Assembly: GCA_029776065.1 (NCBI GenBank)
Contig: JARVJP010000009.1
Span: 50,911 to 114,910 of the forward strand
Direction: 5' to 3'
Source of the DNA: Nitrososphaeria archaeon
GTDB taxonomy: Archaea; Thermoproteota; Nitrososphaeria; JACIWG01
Length of the DNA stretch: 64,000 nucleotides
A program made the translations under genes and the position numbers. Position 1 is the stretch's first letter; each line of letters begins with the position of its first letter. Of this stretch, positions 13,188 through 23,482 are shown piece by piece. Under the pieces are notes generated by a model that ran no database searches, was not told where the DNA came from, and saw nothing but the letters and a program-made list of their open reading frames with translations.

Positions 13188-13763
13188 TTAAAAACGTCGA
13201 TTGAACTTTGTAGGGAAAACGCCTTCTAAACAGTAGACAGTCAACTTGCCTTCATGACCTTCATTATTACAGGTTTCTTCCATTTTACAGTAGGGGCATA
13301 GCTTACTTCTTAAATCGTTTTTATCAGTATTGAGAGTCCCATATTTTTCATGTAACTCGTATAATAGTTTCAGATACTTGCCTTCAGCTATTCTAGGCAC
13401 TTTATCCTTATTCCTTAACCCAACCCATTCATATAATCCTTTATTACCTTTTGATAAATTACATCTTTTACAAACTTTAATTATGTTATCTGGGGTATCT
13501 GGCCCACCACAGGATCTTGGTAGGATATGTTCAACAGTCAAGTCTTTTTCAGACCCACAATAAACACATTCATTTTGTTTTTCATGTTCTTTTACCCATT
13601 CACGTACCGTACTAGACCATTTTATCTTACCATCTCTTAACATGACAAACCTATTCATTTGGAAGGCCCTTTGCTTAATACCAAATCCAGCTGACTTAGA
13701 AATTAGTTTGGCATACTGCCAAAATATTAGGTCCCTAACAGTTCTTACAACAGGAGGGGGCAT
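13188..13763 (-). CDS. HNH endonuclease-domain protein
   Basis: HNH core CVYCGSEKDLTVEHILPRSCGGPDTPDNIIKVCKRCNLSKG plus a C-terminal Cys cluster. The gene is much more AT-rich than its flanks. Confidence 0.8.
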   Translation of the reverse strand: MPPPVVRTVRDLIFWQYAKLISKSAGFGIKQRAFQMNRFVMLRDGKIKWSSTVREWVKEHEKQNECVYCGSEKDLTVEHILPRSCGGPDTPDNIIKVCKRCNLSKGNKGLYEWVGLRNKDKVPRIAEGKYLKLLYELHEKYGTLNTDKNDLRSKLCPYCKMEETCNNEGHEGKLTVYCLEGVFPTKFNRRF

Positions 13764-13930
13764 TTACATATATTTCCTGCATCAAACCTATTTAAGTAAT
13801 TGTCAAGTGATTCAAACATGGAACAAGTTTAGATTCCTTATAGGGTTCAATTGTTCATGGTGTTAACTGTTAAAACCACTCCATCTTATAAACAAATACT
13901 TTTTATGAATTCCACAGCATAGGGGAAAGC

Positions 13931-15205
13931 GTGGATGCAAGAAAACCGTCACTGAAAAGAACTCTTGGCATAGTCGACGCCACTTCCATAGGCCTTGGAG
14001 CGATCATAGGAGCAGGGATATTCGTTGTCCTAGGAGTCGCTGCTGGAGCCAGTGGCCCTGGAGTAGTTATTTCGGTTATTCTCGCAGCAGTAGTTTCATC
14101 TTTCACTGCCATGAGCTTCGCTTCTCTTGGTTCAACGATTCCAAAGGAGGGAGGAGCCTACGAGTATGCATATGAACTGCTTTCACCTTCTCTAGGATTT
14201 CTCACCGGATGGATGTGGATATTCGGCCAACTTGTCGGAGGGGCTGCGGTAAGCCTTGGATTAGCGGAATATTTCTCCCTTTTCATACCAATCCCCATAA
14301 AGTTTACAGCTGTTGCTGCATGCCTCTTATTTACCATTCTCAATACCTTTGGTGTAAAGGAGTCGAGCTTCGCAAACAACGTTATGGTCGCATTCAAGGT
14401 TGGGGTACTATGTGTCTTCATAGTTGTAGGGATCCCTCACATTCAAATTGCTAACTTTTCAACCATTTTTGCAACCAAATTTCCAGCGATCATAAACGGT
14501 GCTGCCCTGATATTCTTCGCATTCCTCGGCTATGGGAGGATAACTACACTCTCAGAAGAGGTTAAGAACCCGAGGAAGGTTATACCCCTCTCAATACTCC
14601 TTGCACTCGGGATATCAGCCCTACTCTACCTTCTGGTAAGCTTTACAGCTCTAGGAATTGCTAGCTCAGAAGAGCTTTCGAATTCAGGTTCCCCGCTTGC
14701 AGATGTGATGAAAAAGACTGGCAACGATCTAGCAGTAGCTCTTGTTTCCTTAGGGGGAGTCATCGCGACCATAAGTGTGCTTCTTACAACGCTTTTAGGT
14801 GTCTCAAGAGTGGTCTTCGCTATGTCCAGAAACCGGCAGATACCTGAGCGTGTGAACGCGATCCACCCAAAGTTCTGCACACCATACATCTCAATATTGC
14901 TATCAGGCATCCTTATGGCTTTGATCGCGTTGCTTGGCGATTTAAAGCAGGTGCTCTCCTTGGCGACTTTCACAATAATATCAACCCATGTGCTTGTGAA
15001 CTACTCCGCGCTGAAGATCAAAGGGGGGACGTTTATAGTACCCTTTTCCCCGATTCCTCAGATCCTTGGTATTGTAAGCTGCTCCGCTTTAGCGCTCTCA
15101 CTCCTTTTAGAAGTTTGGCTTGAGGCGTTAATGGTAGTATCTGTTGGTACAACCTTTTACCTAGCCTACAATAGATTCGCAGGAAATAAGAGAGAAGGCA
15201 CATGA
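13931..15205 (+). CDS. APC-family amino acid permease
   Basis: About 12 predicted TM segments, the N-terminal motif SIGLGAIIGAGIFV, and a GTG start. Confidence 0.85.
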   Translation: MDARKPSLKRTLGIVDATSIGLGAIIGAGIFVVLGVAAGASGPGVVISVILAAVVSSFTAMSFASLGSTIPKEGGAYEYAYELLSPSLGFLTGWMWIFGQLVGGAAVSLGLAEYFSLFIPIPIKFTAVAACLLFTILNTFGVKESSFANNVMVAFKVGVLCVFIVVGIPHIQIANFSTIFATKFPAIINGAALIFFAFLGYGRITTLSEEVKNPRKVIPLSILLALGISALLYLLVSFTALGIASSEELSNSGSPLADVMKKTGNDLAVALVSLGGVIATISVLLTTLLGVSRVVFAMSRNRQIPERVNAIHPKFCTPYISILLSGILMALIALLGDLKQVLSLATFTIISTHVLVNYSALKIKGGTFIVPFSPIPQILGIVSCSALALSLLLEVWLEALMVVSVGTTFYLAYNRFAGNKREGT

Positions 15206-15607
15206 GTTTTATACGACATTTATACTGCCAAGGACTATAAAATCATACGCGTGTAAATTAAGTTCGCAATTTAGAGACCTGCCGATTTATTCTATTTCCT
15301 GCTGAGCAGAATTCGATTTACAAGGTTGAAATTTGATTCTAAGATATTATCATTATGGTATAAGGTCTTTCTAAAAAGTTTAGATCATAAATAACTCACA
15401 TTAAAAGCCAATAGATTATGCCATACCCAAAACAAATTCCATCATAAACAGTTCTAGTTGAGCTAATTTAACAAATATAAGTGACATGATGTAGATGAAT
15501 ATAGAGTATGATTCTCTTAGAATAGCTTAGTGTCTAAAATGGTGTATTAAAAATACATGAGAGCGTTTATTTTTTGTAAAATGAACTTCTCTAGAAATTG
15601 GAACAAG

Positions 15608-16111
15608 TCACACATTCACGTTCTTAACCATATCAATAACTTCTTGCCAGTTTTCGACATCACTTCCATACTTAATGAATGATACATACTCAAAGGTGTC
15701 CCTGACTTCCTTAAGATGAATATCTCTATCATCTATATACAAGATTTCTTCAGGATAAATTCTAATTCCTTTTTTTCTAAGGTTACTAACTATCTTCTGT
15801 ATCATATGACTTTTATTCGGATGCGGTTCAATGGTTGGGAAGGCGAAATAATGAATAATAGAAAACATAGACAGGAGCTCTAAAACATTTTCTGGTTGGT
15901 TCCAACTCGCTATGGATAGGATTATACCATTATCCCTTGAGAACTCCAAGAATTCGCGGAACCTCCCGTTTAATTTGATCTTAGAGCCATACCTATCTTC
16001 GATCAAGTCCTTTGAAAGAAGTTTAAAAGGAGGAATGAGGCTCGAAGCATTATGATGCGACCAGATTGTACAGTCTGCATCAATGATTATTAGCTTTATC
16101 AACTCCTTCAA
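15608..16111 (-). CDS. HAD-superfamily phosphatase (MDP-1-like)
   Basis: DxDxT motif IIIDADCTIW near the N-terminus, a later YIDDRD motif, and a TTG start. Confidence 0.6.
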   Translation of the reverse strand: MKELIKLIIIDADCTIWSHHNASSLIPPFKLLSKDLIEDRYGSKIKLNGRFREFLEFSRDNGIILSIASWNQPENVLELLSMFSIIHYFAFPTIEPHPNKSHMIQKIVSNLRKKGIRIYPEEILYIDDRDIHLKEVRDTFEYVSFIKYGSDVENWQEVIDMVKNVNV

Positions 16112-16231
16112 CGTAGTCTAGAAAATGGTCTTTTAAACTTTATTATATAATTGGGTTATAGCTCCGTACGACTTAAATACAGTTCAAATCGCAGTAATTA
16201 CTTCCACTGCAATAAACTAAAGTTGGTTAAA

Positions 16232-16909
16232 ATGATCAAAACAATAATGTTCGATTTTGGAGATACATTAGCTTACGAACGCAGACCAGAATACCTAACA
16301 TACTATAGAGTATTCAAAGAGGTAGGGTATGAAACAGAGTTAACTAGATTTAAGAAAGCATACTATGAGGCAAAGGAATGGTGGGGAATAGAAAAGAAAA
16401 ATGGTAAAATCTGGACAGAGCGGTCTAGAGCAATGTTCTTAGAACGAATCTTTTATTGTCTCGATATTCCAATTAATCAAGACATAATAGAAAAAATGAG
16501 GGAAATGTTTCCTCATTTAAGTGCTATGAGAGCTTACAAAGATGCTGAACCAACGCTTATTGAACTACAAAGAAGAGGGTTCAAGTTATCTATTTGTTCG
16601 AATGTCTCTTCTGATAAGAACCTTCTAATTTATCTTAAATCTGCGAACCTTGACAAGTACTTCGACTTGCTAATAGCATCAGGAACAGTGGGTTATGAAA
16701 AACCAAACCCAATGATATTCAAAATAGCATCTAAGCTTTTACAAACCCCACCAGAGGAGATGGCTCATATCGGAGACCGCTATGACTACGATTATCAAGG
16801 TGCTAAAGTAGTAGGTATCTTCCCTATCCTAATAGATAGAAAAGGCGTTTACAAAAACATAAATTGCACAAAAGTGAAGAGTTTAACCGAATTACTAAAT
16901 ATCCTATGA
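16232..16909 (+). CDS. HAD-superfamily hydrolase (subfamily IA-like)
   Basis: MIKTIMFDFGDTLAY (motif I), SNVS (motif II) and HIGDRYDYDYQGA (motif IV). The ATG at 16232 is preferred over the extended track start. Confidence 0.75.
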   Translation: MIKTIMFDFGDTLAYERRPEYLTYYRVFKEVGYETELTRFKKAYYEAKEWWGIEKKNGKIWTERSRAMFLERIFYCLDIPINQDIIEKMREMFPHLSAMRAYKDAEPTLIELQRRGFKLSICSNVSSDKNLLIYLKSANLDKYFDLLIASGTVGYEKPNPMIFKIASKLLQTPPEEMAHIGDRYDYDYQGAKVVGIFPILIDRKGVYKNINCTKVKSLTELLNIL

Positions 16910-17191
16910 GAAATGTTCAAGCTTATTTGAAGCCCTATTAGAATGCATCAATCTAAATTATAATGGATAAATCAAATAAACAAGGAGAGTTACCATATAA
17001 TGTTATTCTTAATCCAACATAATATTTACAATTACCCTACATTAGGGCAAGACAAACACGTAATAAAAGATAATATCTAAGATTGTCACATAGTATTAAT
17101 GCAGCTTGCACAATTAATTAGGGCTGCAGAAAGCGTATGATAAAGTAGGTAAAAACTAAGAAAAGAACACAATTCGCTCATACAAGCATAC

Positions 17192-18235
17192 ATGACCACT
17201 CTAAACAAAAAAATAAGAAATGTTTTAAACCAATGCCTAAAAGGCATAGATATGACATTACTAGAGTACTTCTCTTCGTTTAATCGAATACCTGTTGTCC
17301 CAATAGTTGGCTATCCTGCATTGGTATCTCTAAAAATGACGGCTCAAGAATGTCTTCTATATCCTGAAAAGCATGTTAAGCTAGTTGACTATATGAGAAG
17401 GAAATATTCTATTGACGCTTTACTCCCTCTTTTAGACCTTACTGTAGAAGCAGAAGCTCTAGGGGCTAAAATAAAGTACAGAGGAAAAGAAGCACCTCAA
17501 ATAGAAAAAAATGTTTCTATAAACGACATTAATATTGATTATTCAAAAAATAGGATTCCTATATTCGTTAAAACAGCCGAGATGATAAAAAAAGGATCTA
17601 ATGAACTACCAACAGGATTTTACATAACAGGCCCATTTACTATAGCAGGGCAGGTCATAGGAATAACCAACCTCCTCAGGTTCACCCTAACCAGCCCAGA
17701 GACTTTATATTCAATACTTGATAAGATAGCAGAAATTTCATTGTATTACTCAAGAGAACTGGAACGAGTTGGAATCAACTTTATTATAATAGCAGAGCCG
17801 TCTTCAAGCCTGATATCAGCAACTCAATTCAATGAATTTTCAAAACCATATTTAATTAAATTAGTCAAGAATTTAAAAACTGATGCCATACTCCATGTAT
17901 GCGGAAAGTCTAAACATCTTCTAAAAGAGATGATAGAAACAAAAGCCGCCGGCATTAGCATAGACCAGAACATATCATTAGAAGAAGCGGTCTCAACCCT
18001 TCCAAGTGATATGTTAGTCTTTGGTAATTACTCACCAGTCGATTTAATGCTCGAACAACCACTCACAATAAGGAAGAATGTTCTAAAGATGCTTACTCCA
18101 GTTAAAGATAAAAATAATATTGTATCTAGTACCGGGTGTGATATTCCAACTAATACACCTGAAGAAAACATCAAAACCTTCATAGAAACGTCTAAGAGTA
18201 TAAAAAGGAACAAAATTATATATTACAAGCTGTAA
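17192..18235 (+). CDS. uroporphyrinogen decarboxylase (URO-D)/MtaA-like family protein
   Basis: Size and layout fit the URO-D/methylcobamide methyltransferase fold (LLPLLDLTVEAEALGA, IIIAEPSSS). The assignment rests on recalled family features only. Confidence 0.55.
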   Translation: MTTLNKKIRNVLNQCLKGIDMTLLEYFSSFNRIPVVPIVGYPALVSLKMTAQECLLYPEKHVKLVDYMRRKYSIDALLPLLDLTVEAEALGAKIKYRGKEAPQIEKNVSINDINIDYSKNRIPIFVKTAEMIKKGSNELPTGFYITGPFTIAGQVIGITNLLRFTLTSPETLYSILDKIAEISLYYSRELERVGINFIIIAEPSSSLISATQFNEFSKPYLIKLVKNLKTDAILHVCGKSKHLLKEMIETKAAGISIDQNISLEEAVSTLPSDMLVFGNYSPVDLMLEQPLTIRKNVLKMLTPVKDKNNIVSSTGCDIPTNTPEENIKTFIETSKSIKRNKIIYYKL

Positions 18236-18256
18236 TTAATTTAAGGATGAAACTTT

Positions 18257-19384
18257 TTGAATCCTAAAGAGAGAATATTAACCTTATTGAACGGGGAAAT
18301 GCCAGATAGGGTACCCTTTGCCCATTGCGAACGCCACTTCCCACGTGGGGAGAAGGAGCGGTTAGCTAGAAACATGGGAATGGGGCTACTTTGCTACAGA
18401 CCAGCGCATATCGAATCAATAAAAAACACAGAAATTATAACAAAAAATGAAACCAATAAATTGGTCAAGACGTATAGAACGCCTTTAGGTGAACTGACAG
18501 AAGTAATTAGTTATGGTATTGGTTATGGTATAGCATCGTTTGGACGTGACTGGAAAGGAGTTCAACCAATAAGAACACAATTTCTAGTCAAAAAACCCGA
18601 TGACTACAGAGTTTTAAAGTATATCATTGAAAATATCAACTACAAGCCATATTACTACCCTGTTGAAGATCAGATAGAGCGTCTAGGAAACGATGGCATA
18701 GTGGTCACAACAATGCCTTATGAACCCATGCAAAGGTTATTGGTTGAATGGGTAGGTTCCAGAATATTTGTGGACCTTCTAAAGAATCGAGAACAAGTAG
18801 AAGAAGTGTATTATGCTCTTGAGAAGAAATATGAAGAAGAACTCTTCCCAATAGTTGCAGATTCCCCTTCAGAAGTTATACTCTACCTAGGAAACATCGA
18901 CAGTGTACTAGTTAACCCTACATTATTTGAGAAATACTATCTCCCAACATATGAGAAGTGTTCAAATATTCTACATTCAAAAGGAAAACTCTTAAATGTT
19001 CATATGGATGGAAAGCTTAGATCAATTTCCCAGCTCATATCAAAAGCCAAAATAGACATTATAGAAGCTTTTACTCCACCACCTGTAGGAGACTATCAAA
19101 TAGATGAAGCTTTGTCTTTATGGAAAGATAAAATCATCTGGATAAACTTCCCTTCAGCAATTTCAACTGCGTTAGGGCCTAGACCAAAGATTGTTAAACA
19201 ATATTTACTAGAACAATTAAAGAGGACAATCCCATCAAAAAGAGTAATGTTCATTGCATCCACAGAGAACTTTGTGCCAGAAGACAACGTCATGGCAATG
19301 GCTGAAATAATGGAAAAAGCGGAATTACCACTTACAGAAGATCTATTGCAAAAAATTCAAGAGCCCATATATAAACATCAATAA
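18257..19384 (+). CDS. URO-D-like family protein
   Basis: The N-terminus MNPKERILTLLNGEMPDRVPF is typical of URO-D-like proteins. It is adjacent to another family member and has a TTG start. Confidence 0.5.
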   Translation: MNPKERILTLLNGEMPDRVPFAHCERHFPRGEKERLARNMGMGLLCYRPAHIESIKNTEIITKNETNKLVKTYRTPLGELTEVISYGIGYGIASFGRDWKGVQPIRTQFLVKKPDDYRVLKYIIENINYKPYYYPVEDQIERLGNDGIVVTTMPYEPMQRLLVEWVGSRIFVDLLKNREQVEEVYYALEKKYEEELFPIVADSPSEVILYLGNIDSVLVNPTLFEKYYLPTYEKCSNILHSKGKLLNVHMDGKLRSISQLISKAKIDIIEAFTPPPVGDYQIDEALSLWKDKIIWINFPSAISTALGPRPKIVKQYLLEQLKRTIPSKRVMFIASTENFVPEDNVMAMAEIMEKAELPLTEDLLQKIQEPIYKHQ

Positions 19385-20355
19385 GGAAGAAGCACTCCAA
19401 GGTTTTTCTTTACAGCTTTTTCATAGATTTGACTCGCTACAGCTACATCTACAAGCGCTAATCCGAGGTTAACTACTGTTATTCTATGCGCTTCATTAAT
19501 TCTCCCTTTCTTTACACCCATTATTATCTCACTTAGCTCACCATGGATCCGTTTAATAGCTTTGAATCGCCCAATTTTCTTATAATATTTTAGCTGCATC
19601 ACATCATCGGTGAAAAGCCTATCAGGTTTGCTAAATGTATTAGAATCCCAGTAACTGTCAAATTCGATTGGACATACCAAAGAACCCTTTTTCACCCATT
19701 CGAACTTTGCTATAGGTTTAGGTTTGCTCAATATCGGTGTAGCAGTAATAATGATATCAGAACCACAAATAGCTTCCTTTGGATCAGTTGATTCAATCAC
19801 ATCGTAGTTGAAGTTAGACCTAACATAGTCAGCATAAAGGAATAATTTTTCTTTGACTATATCATAAGCTCTAACCTTCTTTATGCCTTTAAAGATAACA
19901 CTCAACGCCTCTAAATGACTCCTAGCTTGCACACCACAACCAACTATTCCTATTGATTCTAAGTCTTTTCGAGCCAAATGCTTTGCAGATAACGCAGTTA
20001 TGGCAGCAGTTCTTTTTGCAGTTATCCAAGAAGCGTCCATAACCGAAATTGGTAAACCTGTTTCTGGATCATTCAATACGAGGATACCGGAGATATAAGG
20101 TAGACCCTTTTCTGGATTTTGTAAGTATCCAGCTATCCATTTTATGCCAGCGATATCCATTCTAGGAATAAAAGCAGGCATGGCATGAATAAAAGCATCA
20201 CTTCTAGGATGTATTCCTGGTTTAGGAGGCATTTCTATTCTTTTGAAGTATTTCTCTTTCAGAATGTCTTCAACGGAAGAAATTATCTCTATCATGCTTA
20301 AGCCTGAATTCTCAACGTCTTTAGCTGACAGATACAAAATACCACTTTGTTTCAT
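19378..20355 (-). CDS. ornithine cyclodeaminase / mu-crystallin family NAD(P) enzyme
   Basis: TAKRTAAITALSAKHLA and the Rossmann motif GIVGCGVQARSHLEAL. ATG 20355 is preferred over TTG 20373. Confidence 0.8.
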   Translation of the reverse strand: MKQSGILYLSAKDVENSGLSMIEIISSVEDILKEKYFKRIEMPPKPGIHPRSDAFIHAMPAFIPRMDIAGIKWIAGYLQNPEKGLPYISGILVLNDPETGLPISVMDASWITAKRTAAITALSAKHLARKDLESIGIVGCGVQARSHLEALSVIFKGIKKVRAYDIVKEKLFLYADYVRSNFNYDVIESTDPKEAICGSDIIITATPILSKPKPIAKFEWVKKGSLVCPIEFDSYWDSNTFSKPDRLFTDDVMQLKYYKKIGRFKAIKRIHGELSEIIMGVKKGRINEAHRITVVNLGLALVDVAVASQIYEKAVKKNLGVLLPY

Positions 20356-20401
20356 TAATAGAGACTCCTCCAAACAAGTATCTTAAACTTTTCGTACATT
20401 A

Positions 20402-21421
20402 TTATTCTAAATTAAACTTCTTCTTTGAGAGAGCAATAGCTAACTTTATCGCTTCAAGTGTCGCGCTTTCGCTCCCAGTTCCTTTACCCGCCTTACCCCA
20501 GACAGTTCCATGATCGGGGGAAGTCCTAATTATTGGGAGACCGAGGCTTAGGTTAACACCTTCCATGAATCCAACCATCTTCATAGCAATATGACCTTGG
20601 TCGTGTAACATCGCGATCACTGCGTCAAATTGTTTATTATAATAAGTGCGATAGAAGATTGTGTCAGGTGGGTAAGGCCCTGAAGCGTCTATTCCTCTTG
20701 AATTCGCCTCTTTAATCGCAGGTATAATTTCATCAATTTCCTCTCTACCAAATAAGCCACTTTCACCTGCATGTGGATTTAACCCAGAAATAGCGATCCT
20801 TGGTTTTAGGATCCTAAACAAGTCCACAAGACTATCGTAAGTTACTTCAATTGTTTTTAGAACTCTTTCCTTTTTAATTAAATCCAGTGCATTTCTTAAT
20901 GACACATGTGTTGTTACATGAACGACTTTGAAAGCTCCTGCTACCAACATCATTTTAACATCTTTAACTCCAGTTAAGGCAGCTAAAAGCTCAGTGTGCC
21001 CGGGATAGTTGTAACCAGCTAAATTTAGGCTTTCTTTGCTTATTGGTGCAGTTACTATTGCATGAACTTCCTTTGACAAAGCATAATTTACAGACTTCAC
21101 AATTGATTCGTAAGCCGCCTTACCTCCAAGTGATGAAGCCTTCCCATACTGGAGTTTCTCTAATTCAACATTATCTAGATTGATTATATTCACTTTCTTT
21201 GGTTCATCAAATGCCTCAGATGGACGGTCAATTTCAACTAATTCAAGCTCTTCTGCTCTTATTATTTGCAAGGCTCTTTTAAAAACCTTTAGATCCCCTA
21301 TAATTAAGATCTTGGATTCGTCAAATACACTTTGATCCCTAAGAGCTTTAAGAGTGATTTCAGGACCAGAACCAGCTGGGTCACCCATTGTGATAGCGAT
21401 AACCGGTTTATTATGGCTCAA
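20402..21421 (-). CDS. PdxA-family 4-hydroxythreonine-4-phosphate-type dehydrogenase (PdxA2-like)
   Basis: IAITMGDPAGSGPEI, GYNYPGHTELLA and LHDQGHIAMK blocks. It overlaps the upstream kinase gene. Confidence 0.88.
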   Translation of the reverse strand: MSHNKPVIAITMGDPAGSGPEITLKALRDQSVFDESKILIIGDLKVFKRALQIIRAEELELVEIDRPSEAFDEPKKVNIINLDNVELEKLQYGKASSLGGKAAYESIVKSVNYALSKEVHAIVTAPISKESLNLAGYNYPGHTELLAALTGVKDVKMMLVAGAFKVVHVTTHVSLRNALDLIKKERVLKTIEVTYDSLVDLFRILKPRIAISGLNPHAGESGLFGREEIDEIIPAIKEANSRGIDASGPYPPDTIFYRTYYNKQFDAVIAMLHDQGHIAMKMVGFMEGVNLSLGLPIIRTSPDHGTVWGKAGKGTGSESATLEAIKLAIALSKKKFNLE

Positions 21422-22691
21422 TAGACTCGACCATAGATTTTAGTCTTGACGTTATTTTAATAAGGGTTTCTGAGGAACCGAAGCCACCTGCCTTGGTGAC
21501 CAAGTAATATTTTTTGTATTTTAAAATGGGAAGACCTGGTTCAACCTCACCTACGACCTCTAGGGAGCTGATCTGGAGGTTCTTAATAACGGACATAGCG
21601 ATATCACCACCTGTCATAAATAAACCACTAAAACTTTGCCATCCAAGGTTTTCTATTATTAAAGAAACTACCTTTCCTACCTTATCTGCTATAATGGATC
21701 CAAAATTGAGCATGTCTAAACCTAATGAGTTAGCTACTACTCTACCTTCAAAGATCTGTTTATTTGAATACGACGTCGTTAATATTATGTCAGCAGACAA
21801 GGTTAAGGCTTCTTTAACGTCACCAATCAATCTTTCAGCTTCCCTTTCAAAGTCGTTTATCAGCAAATTTATATCTATTTCGACAATAAAGGGTTCAAAT
21901 TGTGTACAAAAGGTCCTGATCTGCTCTCTAACAACCTTGTTAACAGATCCAACAACCATTAAGACGGGTCTACCTTTCCTTTCCCCAATTAGAATATTGT
22001 ATGCTAAATGTTCAGCTAGGCCAGCAGACCCAACCCAGATCGTTTTTAAATCCACTAACTTGTTTGAAAGTTGGGCAATAAACTTCAAGTCATCTTCTGA
22101 TTCTGCATCAAATGAAACAAATCTTCTATTTCTTAGTATTTCAAATACCTTCTCAGATCTTAACTCCTCAATAGATACATGGTAATAAAGAGTTTTATAT
22201 TCTAATTCAAAGCAATCAGATAACTTTGAGCTTTTAACAGGAGTCCTAATATCATCACCAAAGTAGGTCTCCGCTACAGGAACATTATTTAAAAGCTGAA
22301 TGCATTCCCTAGTTGTTCTCCCTTGCTTAGGGTATGCTGGCGCAAAAACTACTAGATCAGGGTCAAGTGATTCAAAAAGCCCTTTAATTTCGTAAGCTAT
22401 ATTCCCCCTTAATGTTGAATCAACCTTTTTGTATATTAAGACCTTATCAAAATAGGTCTTTATTTTACTCCCTAGTCGAACTAAACAAGCATGAGCTTCC
22501 TCTGCAGTTTTATGCCTAGTTTCTGTATCAACTGCAACAACGTCATAACACCTTAAGAGACGTTCTACACGTTCAAGATCTAATGTGGTTAAAGTTTTCC
22601 AGCCCAATTTTGCGAATTGGGCTGCAGTGTCATTCGCACCTGTAAAATCATCAGCTATTATCAGAACAGAATCGAAGATGTTTACTCCCAT
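21411..22691 (-). CDS. four-carbon acid sugar kinase family protein (DUF1537)
   Basis: The N-terminus LIIADDFTGANDTA is the DUF1537 signature, and the protein is 426 aa. It is translationally coupled to the PdxA-family gene. Confidence 0.8.
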   Translation of the reverse strand: MGVNIFDSVLIIADDFTGANDTAAQFAKLGWKTLTTLDLERVERLLRCYDVVAVDTETRHKTAEEAHACLVRLGSKIKTYFDKVLIYKKVDSTLRGNIAYEIKGLFESLDPDLVVFAPAYPKQGRTTRECIQLLNNVPVAETYFGDDIRTPVKSSKLSDCFELEYKTLYYHVSIEELRSEKVFEILRNRRFVSFDAESEDDLKFIAQLSNKLVDLKTIWVGSAGLAEHLAYNILIGERKGRPVLMVVGSVNKVVREQIRTFCTQFEPFIVEIDINLLINDFEREAERLIGDVKEALTLSADIILTTSYSNKQIFEGRVVANSLGLDMLNFGSIIADKVGKVVSLIIENLGWQSFSGLFMTGGDIAMSVIKNLQISSLEVVGEVEPGLPILKYKKYYLVTKAGGFGSSETLIKITSRLKSMVESIEP

Positions 22692-22767
22692 TAACGCTTT
22701 CCTCTTTCTTACCCGTTTAACTATATGACATTGATAAATATGTTTAACTCATATTAAGCGAGGGGCA

Positions 22768-23352
22768 TTAGACTGTAGCAATAATGTTCAAAAAGCCTTC
22801 TCTAATTATTGACACCGCATAAGCAGCCATTAGCATTGACATCATTTTATCTAGAACGAGGGTCCCATTTCGCCCTAATAACTTTAACATCGTTCCACCA
22901 GCCAACAAAATAACTAAAGTGATAAAAACACTAACAACTATGCTTAAAACTGCAACTAGAAAACCTAAAGTATACTTTATATAAATAACAAGAGTTAGTG
23001 CTCCTGGCCCTGCTAGGAGGGGTGTTGCCATCGGAACGATACTTATTTTTTCTACGTCTTTCTTTGGCATCAATGGTATTTCTAAAAGACCTAAAATTGA
23101 GTAGATAAGCAGTATCATTCCTCCCGCTATCCGGAAATCGTCCACTTTAATATCTAATGAAGTGAGAACTATGTCGCCAAAGACAGCAAATATGAGAAGT
23201 ATCAACGCAGCAACTACTACACTTTTCTTTATAATAGAAGAACGAGTGTCAGGATTAAGTTCCTTTGTTAGTGTATAAAAATAAGGCGCATTTGTAAAAG
23301 GATCAAGTACGATGAGGAGAAGTATTACAGCTTGAAGGATTAGAAGGATCAT
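22768..23352 (-). CDS. MarC-family (UPF0056) integral membrane protein
   Basis: 194 aa with about 6 TM segments. The N-terminal DPFTNAPYF motif is typical of MarC. Confidence 0.7.
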   Translation of the reverse strand: MILLILQAVILLLIVLDPFTNAPYFYTLTKELNPDTRSSIIKKSVVVAALILLIFAVFGDIVLTSLDIKVDDFRIAGGMILLIYSILGLLEIPLMPKKDVEKISIVPMATPLLAGPGALTLVIYIKYTLGFLVAVLSIVVSVFITLVILLAGGTMLKLLGRNGTLVLDKMMSMLMAAYAVSIIREGFLNIIATV

Positions 23353-23482
23353 CTAAACCCCATATGAACATTGGATAATTCACCCTAAAAACTTTATATG
23401 TAAATTTGGGCCTTGAAATTACAGATTACTAAAGAGATAAGTGGACATCATAATAGCAAAACATAAATAAGAGAGATCTACA

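Noticed and set aside
15206-15607. A 400-bp AT-rich gap at the GC step, considered as an origin, an ncRNA or an insertion-sequence end
   Set aside because: I could see no direct or inverted repeats, no tRNA-like fold and no ORF. It is reported only as the boundary of the compositional mosaic.
21514-22185. A 223-aa plus-strand ORF. Similar long antisense ORFs occur at 6328..6780, 26988..27464, 45502..45858 and 60883..61389
   Set aside because: All lie antisense within well-supported genes and encode low-complexity Ser/Pro/Thr/Ile-rich products typical of shadow frames.
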